The position numbers were made by a program, and so were the translations under genes. The notes beneath the pieces are model-generated. The model saw only the letters and a program-made list of their open reading frames with translations, ran no database searches and was not told the DNA's origin. Positions 57,965 to 64,000 of a DNA stretch of 64,000 nucleotides are shown here, in pieces. This stretch comes from a virus (taxonomy: Duplodnaviria; Caudoviricetes), in IMG/VR virus record IMGVR_UViG_3300014208_000024, positions 224,001 to 288,000 of that record; one strand, given 5' to 3'. Position 1 is the stretch's first letter, and each line of letters starts with the position of its first letter.

Positions 57965-58480
57965 ATGAATAAACGTGAACAAATTTTAGAATTTATTGAG
58001 GATATTGAATTGCTTGATGAATTCGCAGATGATGCAATAATTGGATATGTAGAAAGAGCATGTGGATCTAATTATGTTTTATACGAAAAAGAAAAACTAT
58101 TTAGTTTATTTAAAAACGAACCTCTTTGTTTAAAAGAAGGTCAACTTATATTTACAAAAGCTAATTTAACAGAAATTGAAGGTATTGAAAAAGGTAATTT
58201 ATTAATTGCAGATGGTTTTAATGATGCAATAATTGGATATGCAAATACCTCAGACTTTAATTGTTTTGTTATTTATGATACCGAAAAATGTATTAATCTT
58301 CTTGCTGAAGATTATAAAAAAGAAATGAAAGAACAAGAGCCAGAAAAAACAGAAGAGGAAATAAATTCAGAAACATACGAAATGGCTGTAGAATATTTTT
58401 ATTTTAACACAGCAGGAGCCTACATGGGAGAAAAAACACCAGGGTTTGCAACTATGATTTTATCAGAGGATTCTGATTAA
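57965..58480 (+). CDS. Hypothetical protein with an internally duplicated D(G/E)FxDAIIG domain
   Basis: LLDEFADDAIIGYV...VLYEKEK and IADGFNDAIIGYA...VIYDTEK; start ATG 57965. Confidence 0.6.
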   Translation: MNKREQILEFIEDIELLDEFADDAIIGYVERACGSNYVLYEKEKLFSLFKNEPLCLKEGQLIFTKANLTEIEGIEKGNLLIADGFNDAIIGYANTSDFNCFVIYDTEKCINLLAEDYKKEMKEQEPEKTEEEINSETYEMAVEYFYFNTAGAYMGEKTPGFATMILSEDSD

Positions 58481-58856
58481 CTCTTTTGTTTTCTTCAAAT
58501 ATAAGAGAAATAATCTGTTTTAAAAATCCTTGTTTTTTTACTAACTTTTTATATTCTACCGCAAGTGAATTTGCTATCGTCAAAGCATTTGGACTATATA
58601 TGGTTTTTTGCTCAGACTCTTTTCCATTAACTACACTAACAAAATAAGCAGCATCCACTCCCATAGGCCACCTAATCCAGAAATGAATTCCTATTGGAAG
58701 TGTAAAGTGAAAATATGTTACCCCTTCCTTTTTGTCACGTTCAATTGTAAAATCTTTTAATGACATTCCAGCTTTTTTAAAAACGCTTTTGTAAACAGCT
58801 TTAATTCTTTCGTCTGGAATGTTTTCGTTTAACAAATTTTCTTCTTCTTTTTTCAT
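58452..58856 (-). CDS. Hypothetical protein
   Basis: 134 aa, co-oriented directly downstream of the CCA enzyme. Confidence 0.5.
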   Translation of the reverse strand: MKKEEENLLNENIPDERIKAVYKSVFKKAGMSLKDFTIERDKKEGVTYFHFTLPIGIHFWIRWPMGVDAAYFVSVVNGKESEQKTIYSPNALTIANSLAVEYKKLVKKQGFLKQIISLIFEENKRVNQNPLIKS

Positions 58857-58859
58857 AAT

Positions 58860-60254
58860 TTAAGATTTGCTAATAAATATTATTTTCTTTATTTCTTCTG
58901 AATTTCCAGAATCTAAAATTCTTTTAACCATATCTGGATTTTTGTAAAATTCCTTTTCTAATCTTGCAATAGCCATCCCCAATTCTCTTTCTTGGTATCC
59001 AAGTGATTTAAGCAACTCGGAAGGTTGTATAAATTCATTTGCAAGTCTTAAAAAATTGCTTATTTTAATTCTGTCTATGTGACTTATGTTTGCAAAACTA
59101 TATATCATATCTTCTGTCATTGAATAAATTTTTTCGTTTATTTTAGGTTTTGCACTTTTTGCCTTTTGAAGATATAGTTTTTTTATAGAAGAAACAGTGT
59201 TTTCGTTTAAACTTAACAAAGAAACAAGAAAAATAATACAACTTATTTCATCAGTACTATATTTTCTAAAATTTAATTCTTTTTCTATGTTTTTTACATT
59301 ATTGTCTTTTAATAAGTTAGAAACTAAGATTATTGGATTTTTCTCTTCAATAAAATAATTAGCACTAAAAGTTAAATTACCAAATATATATTTAAAAAAA
59401 TCAAAATCTTTTAACAATTCAAGAAAGTGTTTTACGCTTTTTGAACTTTTAATTCCTTTATAAAACTCATCCCTTATTCTTTCCAAAGAAACCATTTTTC
59501 CAGTAGGGTCGGTCAAAGAAGTTCCCCCTTCCCTAATAGCTTCAGCAACATTGTCGGGAATTTTAGATCCCATTTTTGCAGCAAATCTTATAGCTCTAAT
59601 TTTTCTCAATGGATCTTCATCAAATCTATCGGTTGGATTTCCGACGGTGTTAATAACATTGTTTTTAACATCATTTACTCCACCAACAAAATCTAATACA
59701 TCTCCTTCAAAACCATTTTCTGCAATTCCAGTTATTTCATAAAACAATGCGTTGATCGTTAAATCTCTTCTTTTTGAATCTTCCTCTGGATTATCTACGT
59801 ACTCAACACTATCTGGTTTTCTTCCTCCTCCAACATCTTTTCTAAATGTTGCCAATTCATATCTGTTTCCAGATTTTGTTACTATAAATTGAATTGCAAA
59901 TGATTCTCCAATGTGCAAAATATTGGAAACGAAAGGTGCCTTTTCGAATAATGTTCTTATTTGATCTGGAAAAGCATTGGTGGCCAAATCAAAATCTTTT
60001 GGCACATCAATAGTTGTATCCATTGGGTTCTTTTGTAATTTTATTTCGTTTTTTACAGCGTCTCTTACGGCACCACCAACAATATACATTTTAAAATTAT
60101 TCGCAAGTAATATTTCTCTTATTTTTAAAATATCTTCTTTGTCACTTGACGCCACTGGCATATTAAGAGGAAACCTTTTTTCTCCATTATCTTCCTTTAA
60201 AAAATTCTCAAGTAATATCTTTCTTATTTTTTTTCTGGCAATTTTTTCTTCCAT
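58860..60254 (-). CDS. cca: Class II tRNA nucleotidyltransferase (CCA-adding enzyme), no HD domain, with N-terminal leader
   Basis: YIVGGAVRD, DFDLAT, ELATFRKD, RRDLTINA, templating EDPLR, ERIRDE; leader MEEKIARKKIRKILLENFLKED; TATTTATA (-) at 60268. Confidence 0.88.
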   Translation of the reverse strand: MEEKIARKKIRKILLENFLKEDNGEKRFPLNMPVASSDKEDILKIREILLANNFKMYIVGGAVRDAVKNEIKLQKNPMDTTIDVPKDFDLATNAFPDQIRTLFEKAPFVSNILHIGESFAIQFIVTKSGNRYELATFRKDVGGGRKPDSVEYVDNPEEDSKRRDLTINALFYEITGIAENGFEGDVLDFVGGVNDVKNNVINTVGNPTDRFDEDPLRKIRAIRFAAKMGSKIPDNVAEAIREGGTSLTDPTGKMVSLERIRDEFYKGIKSSKSVKHFLELLKDFDFFKYIFGNLTFSANYFIEEKNPIILVSNLLKDNNVKNIEKELNFRKYSTDEISCIIFLVSLLSLNENTVSSIKKLYLQKAKSAKPKINEKIYSMTEDMIYSFANISHIDRIKISNFLRLANEFIQPSELLKSLGYQERELGMAIARLEKEFYKNPDMVKRILDSGNSEEIKKIIFISKS

Positions 60255-60351
60255 AAACAACATTTTTTATAAATATGAAAACTTTTTAGTAATTTTTACG
60301 TTATTATTCAAATAAAGTTATTATATTTGTATAAATAATTTTAAAAATTAA

Positions 60352-60639
60352 ATGGAAACAATACAAAAGGAAACAATACAAAAGGTAAATCTTCAACCCG
60401 TTGCATCAGTTAGAAAATGGGACACAAAAAGAATTAAAGCCTATATGGTAAGAATTCAAAAACATATTTCTTTTTTAGAATCTGGGAAACCATATGATAA
60501 TGAAGATCATTATGGTGAAAATCGTCAACCTTTATCTCAGGAAAAAATAGAAAATCAAGAAGGAATTGTCCTGCAAAAATTCAAAAATTATAAAGAAGAA
60601 TTAAAAAAAATTCTTGAAGGGAGAGAACATATTGAATAA
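60352..60639 (+). CDS. Hypothetical protein
   Basis: 95 aa after TATATTTG (60322). Confidence 0.55.
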   Translation: METIQKETIQKVNLQPVASVRKWDTKRIKAYMVRIQKHISFLESGKPYDNEDHYGENRQPLSQEKIENQEGIVLQKFKNYKEELKKILEGREHIE

Positions 60640-60676
60640 TTTTTCGTATAAGATAGTAAAATATAAAAATTTTATC

Positions 60677-61876
60677 ATGAAAACAAAATCACCAGAACCG
60701 ATTAACAAAGATTCAATTCTTTGGGCAGATTTATATAAATTTACCATGACTTGGGCAATTATTAAAAACTTCCCATCTGCAAAAGTTAGATATGAATTTA
60801 TAGACAGAAACAATACAGTGTACCCAGATGGTTTTGCAGTGGAATTGCGTAAAATAGTTAATGAATATCGCAATAAAAGATTATCCATACAAAGAAAAAA
60901 AGAATTTTCAGAAAAATGCACATTTTTGCCAGCTGTATTTTTCGACTTTTTAGAAGGATATAGATATGACCCCAGCGAAGTCGGAATAATTCAAACAGGA
61001 GGTAAACTATCTATTCAAATTGCAGGATATTGGTATCGAACATGTCTTTGGGAAACAACGTTAATGGAAGACATTTGTGAATTGTATTATAATATGACGG
61101 GACAAAGTGATGATAATGTAGATATTAAAAATTCTCTTGAAAAAACTGAAGCAAAAGCTAACTTATTTTATATGAATAACGCACAAATCGTGGATTTTGG
61201 AACAAGAAGAGCAAAATCAAAAAACGTTCATATGCAAATAGTTGATGTGTTGTCAAATTCCCTTTTGTATACAAACTTTATCGGGTCAAGCAATGTAGAA
61301 CTTGCATTATACAACAATATAAAACCTATTGGAACTTATGCTCATGAATGGGTTTCTGGTATAGCTTCGATGTTCGGATATGCTCATGCCAATAGAATTG
61401 CTATGGAATATTGGGTTCAAACATATAATGGAAATTTAGGCATTGCACTGACTGATACATTTACAACAGATTCTTTTTTAGAAGATTTTGATTCTAAGTA
61501 TGCTAATCTTTTTACTGGAGTTAGGCATGATAGTTATGACCCTTTTGTTTTTACTGATAAAATGATTGATCATTACAAAAAACTTGGAATAGCACCAGAA
61601 ACAAAAACAATTGTATATTCAGATGGATTGAACCCCGAAATGGTAATAAAAATTCAGAATTATAGAAAAGGTGAAATTAAAAAATCATATGGAATTGGAA
61701 CTAATTTAACAAATGATATTAAAGATGTTAAACCAATGAATATAGTTATTAAACTTTTGGAAATAAATGGCATGCCAGTCATTAAATTATCAGATTCTTT
61801 GACAAAACACATTGGAGATGAAGAAACAATTAAATTTGTTAAATGGCAAATTGAACAACGTTTAAAAAATAAATAA
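60677..61876 (+). CDS. pncB: Nicotinate phosphoribosyltransferase
   Basis: DLYKFTM, DFGTRR, GTYAHEW (phospho-His), LTDTF, GVRHDS, YSDGL, GIGTNLTND, KLSD; start ATG 60677. Confidence 0.92.
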   Translation: MKTKSPEPINKDSILWADLYKFTMTWAIIKNFPSAKVRYEFIDRNNTVYPDGFAVELRKIVNEYRNKRLSIQRKKEFSEKCTFLPAVFFDFLEGYRYDPSEVGIIQTGGKLSIQIAGYWYRTCLWETTLMEDICELYYNMTGQSDDNVDIKNSLEKTEAKANLFYMNNAQIVDFGTRRAKSKNVHMQIVDVLSNSLLYTNFIGSSNVELALYNNIKPIGTYAHEWVSGIASMFGYAHANRIAMEYWVQTYNGNLGIALTDTFTTDSFLEDFDSKYANLFTGVRHDSYDPFVFTDKMIDHYKKLGIAPETKTIVYSDGLNPEMVIKIQNYRKGEIKKSYGIGTNLTNDIKDVKPMNIVIKLLEINGMPVIKLSDSLTKHIGDEETIKFVKWQIEQRLKNK

Positions 61877-62653
61877 TTTTTTTAATCTACCTTTTTTCCA
61901 TCCCAATTTTACATATAAATCTAATTCGTTTTTTATAACACGTTTACTTTCCTGCTTTTCTGTGTTATAAATCCATATTTTCCCAATTTGAGAGTTACTC
62001 ATTCTTTCTTTGGTTTCATTAGAATAAATATTATCTTTACCCTTATTCCACGGCAACTTTCCTTTATTACATTCAGAACATTTTCTTTTAGACTCATCTG
62101 AATGGTGTTTTCCAAACATTGGGTTGTTTTTTCCATAATTTGATCTAATATTTTTTCTTGCTTTGTCTGATATTGGAACACCTTTTCTATATTCACTTAA
62201 TTTATTTTTTACTTCATCTGAATGATGTTTTCCAAATCTTGGAGATTTTTCACCAGACATTTTTTCTCTAAGCTTTTGTTTAGTTTCTTCTGTATGAGTT
62301 CTTCCATACATTGGATTTCTTTTTCCTGTCATCATTTCTTTTCTCTTTTGTGTAACTTCTTTTGTCATTTTCTTTCCACAATTTGTATATACAACAGAAT
62401 TTCTTATGTTGTATCCAACTTCTTTGTTTATAGATTTTAGTTTTTTAATCCAATAAACTTCTAATTCTTTAATTTCATCTATCGTTAACGCAAAAGATTC
62501 TTCAATGATTTCTTTTTTGAAGTTTTCTTTGCCATACTTTTTAATAGCATATTTAATTGCTGTACCAGAACCTAAATAATTAGGATTATTTTTTGTATCT
62601 AGTCCTATATATATTTTCCCATTGATTAAATTCGTTGTTTTATAAATTATCAT
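61862..62653 (-). CDS. GIY-YIG homing endonuclease with NUMOD3 repeats
   Basis: MIIYKTTNLINGKIYIG...YLGSG; repeats such as NPMYGRTHTEETKQKL, RFGKHHSDEVKNKL, NPMFGKHHSDESKRK. Confidence 0.92.
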   Translation of the reverse strand: MIIYKTTNLINGKIYIGLDTKNNPNYLGSGTAIKYAIKKYGKENFKKEIIEESFALTIDEIKELEVYWIKKLKSINKEVGYNIRNSVVYTNCGKKMTKEVTQKRKEMMTGKRNPMYGRTHTEETKQKLREKMSGEKSPRFGKHHSDEVKNKLSEYRKGVPISDKARKNIRSNYGKNNPMFGKHHSDESKRKCSECNKGKLPWNKGKDNIYSNETKERMSNSQIGKIWIYNTEKQESKRVIKNELDLYVKLGWKKGRLKKLFIF

Positions 62654-62805
62654 AAGATTTTATTTTTATATTCATTTTCTATCCACTCTTTAATTTTATT
62701 TTCAATAAACTTAGATTTATTCAAAGACATTTTAGAACTAATTTTTTCAAATTTTTCATATAATTCCTTGTTTATTGTAAAAGTTTTCTTTATTTTTGTA
62801 TTCAT
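62650..62805 (-). CDS. Ribbon-helix-helix DNA-binding protein (51 aa; not in the ORF track)
   Basis: MNTKIKKTFTINKELYEKFEKISSKMSLNKSKFIENKIKEWIENEYKNKIL; its TGA overlaps the endonuclease ATG (ATGA). Confidence 0.8.
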   Translation of the reverse strand: MNTKIKKTFTINKELYEKFEKISSKMSLNKSKFIENKIKEWIENEYKNKIL

Positions 62806-62903
62806 TGTTTTGTATTTATTAATATTTATTTATAAATATAAAAAAATTTTATTTTAAAGAAAACATTTATAAAAAAAATCGTATAAATTAATAAATCACT
62901 AAC

Positions 62904-63494
62904 ATGCCAAGAATTGTTAAAATAAAAAAAGAAAAAAGAGTTTACGACGGATATACAAAAGTTGATGAAGCTCTAATTGAAGATACATTAGAAAGTGGTA
63001 AAGTATCTACATACTCAAGACAAAAAGTAGTAAGGCCAGATGCTGTTGCTGGTTTAATTTATAACACTGATACAGAATGCGTGGTTCTTGTAAAGCAGCA
63101 TAGGTATCCAACTCATTTTGGAAACAGAAATGGATTCATATATGAAGCTATGGCTGGAAAAATTGATTCTGGAGAAAACCCAAAACAAGCTTTTATTAGA
63201 GAAAGTTTTGAAGAGGTTGGATATAGGCTTAAAGAAAAAAACGTAGAATATTGTTTTAACTGCTTTACTACTCCAGGATATTCCACAGAAAGAATTCATT
63301 ATTTTTTAGCAACAGCTACAAATAAAGATAAAATAAAAAATGCTGGAGGAGGAATGGAAGACGAACATGAAAATATAGAAATTTGTGAATTTCATTATCT
63401 TCAATTTAGAAGTATGATGGACACAATGGAAGATGCTAAAACAAAATTACTTGCATATGAAGCACATCACAGAAAATTGTTTGACAGGAAATAA
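62904..63494 (+). CDS. Nudix hydrolase (ADP-ribose/NDP-sugar pyrophosphatase, NudF/NudK-like)
   Basis: Nudix box AGKIDSGENPKQAFIRESFEEVGY; RPDAV, TPGYSTERIHYF, EDEHENIE, DAKT. Confidence 0.88.
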   Translation: MPRIVKIKKEKRVYDGYTKVDEALIEDTLESGKVSTYSRQKVVRPDAVAGLIYNTDTECVVLVKQHRYPTHFGNRNGFIYEAMAGKIDSGENPKQAFIRESFEEVGYRLKEKNVEYCFNCFTTPGYSTERIHYFLATATNKDKIKNAGGGMEDEHENIEICEFHYLQFRSMMDTMEDAKTKLLAYEAHHRKLFDRK

Positions 63495-63503
63495 AAATTA
63501 TTT

Positions 63504-63734
63504 ATGGGAAATTTATTAAAAAACAACGAAAGAGATAATATTGTGCAAAATTCGGTTATTGAATCTGTAACAGGATATTCTTGTCCTAATTGTGGGGCAA
63601 TATGTTGTGACAAAACATTTATATCTAAAACAGAAATAGAATTTAACGAATTTCCAAATCCACATTACAATTGGGATGAAATTCATAAATGCCAAAAATG
63701 TGAAACTCTTTATCTTTTACATAATGGTACATAA
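63504..63734 (+). CDS. Small Zn-ribbon protein
   Basis: CPNCG...CQKC; stop codon lies inside the ACATAAC core of the following palindrome. Confidence 0.6.
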   Translation: MGNLLKNNERDNIVQNSVIESVTGYSCPNCGAICCDKTFISKTEIEFNEFPNPHYNWDEIHKCQKCETLYLLHNGT

Positions 63735-63829
63735 CGGCTGGCGGTATGGTTTAGTAAAGGCTGACCACTACCGACCAATCGAAGAAATAAACTTTAAACA
63801 GCCTTTATTAACTATACCGCTTGTTAGCG
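63729..63829 (+). other. attC-like imperfect palindrome (101 bp)
   Basis: ACATAAC ... GTTAGCG outer cores; arms gcggtatggtttagtaaaggctg (63741-63763) and cagcctttattaactataccgc (63799-63820); GC-rich relative to its surroundings. Confidence 0.55.
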
Positions 63830-63869
63830 TTTCGTTTTTGAGCGTGGGCGGTGCAAAACTTAAATAAAA

Positions 63870-64000
63870 TGTCACATAAAATAGATAAATATTTTCCATT
63901 TTTAGGGATTGACTTCTTAGGTAAAAAACACAAACTTAAAGAAAAAGATGGAAATATGGGTTTGTGTCCAAATGGTAAATGGAAACATTTTGTCTCCATT
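63870..64000 (+). CDS. 5' part of a gene running off the window
   Basis: ATG at 63870 after an A-rich leader: MSHKIDKYFPFLGIDFLGKKHKLKEKDGNMGLCPNGKWKHFVS..., open to the window end. Confidence 0.5.

Noticed and set aside
26994-60676. Upstream-extended starts given in the track (26994, 28777, 34653, 35988, 43804, 44156, 46068, 52298, 57920, 60614)
   Set aside because: They overlap the previous gene or the promoter motif; downstream ATGs with A-rich leaders at normal spacing were used instead.
2636-62440. Numerous short ORFs in the track that overlap longer genes (e.g. 2636-2821, 8096-8587, 35233-35682, 44364-45911, 59551-60315)
   Set aside because: Antisense or out-of-frame shadows of well-supported genes, with no promoter motif or recognisable domain.
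61862-62653. Group I intron in pncB carrying the GIY-YIG gene
   Set aside because: pncB is complete (C-terminal KLSD motif present), and the endonuclease is antisense and outside it apart from a 15-nt stop overlap, so it is free-standing.
63808-63999. Minus-strand ORF METKCFH...KRNANKRYS and plus-strand ORF 63676-63867
   Set aside because: Both read through the attC-like palindrome and look like shadows; a better ORF starts at ATG 63870 on the + strand.
1-64000. Alternative genetic code (TAG/TGA recoding, as in some Bacteroidota phages)
   Set aside because: Long conserved genes (SbcCD, helicase, thyA, pncB) are intact in the standard code with high coding density. The two broken genes are frameshifts, not in-frame stops; read-through at 54.7 kb gives only 14 more residues.
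1-64000. tRNA, rRNA or tmRNA genes
   Set aside because: No cloverleaf or T-loop GTTCGA context was found by eye, and intergenic gaps are short and AT-rich. tRNAscan/ARAGORN would be the definitive check.
1-64000. Eukaryotic giant virus (NCLDV) origin suggested by the Mre11-Rad50 fusion, SNF2 and DUF723 nuclease
   Set aside because: The peptidoglycan amidase, lipobox protein, baseplate/tail genes, Bacteroidota promoter boxes and intrinsic terminators indicate a bacteriophage.

Overview
This is a 64 kb internal segment of a large, very AT-rich tailed dsDNA phage (jumbo/myovirus-like), most likely infecting Bacteroidota. The host call rests on recurrent TAnnTTTG -7 boxes (some with a TTTG -33 box), A-rich leaders without Shine-Dalgarno sites, and Bacteroidota-type lipoprotein and Hc1-like genes. 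Positions 1-18.7 kb are a tail/baseplate/fibre module. Positions 18.7-32 kb hold replication and recombination genes: RuvC-like resolvase, primase, an SbcD-SbcC fusion, a PD-(D/E)xK nuclease, and an SNF2 helicase with a class-3-like intein. Positions 32-51 kb hold an endolysin, many small late genes and two PcfJ-like proteins. Positions 51-64 kb hold dut, thyA, a nucleotidyltransferase/2H-phosphoesterase/HExxH fusion, a CCA-adding enzyme, pncB, a Nudix hydrolase and an attC-like palindrome at the right edge. Main cross-window pattern: genes fall into two promoter classes, host-type TAnnTTTG and a phage motif TATTTAT(A) that also precedes the tail genes. Many scattered non-structural genes in the TATTTATA class carry short helical leaders or linkers ending in hydrophobic-x-Glu, resembling T4-type prohead-protease sites. 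These include the CCA enzyme, the NTase-2H-peptidase fusion and a WYL protein, suggesting a set of virion-packaged, protease-processed counter-defence enzymes (inference). Also found: two ribbon-helix-helix genes missing from the ORF track, each coupled to a different homing endonuclease, and two genes broken by single-base frameshifts. All family assignments come from motif reading by eye; no database searches were run.
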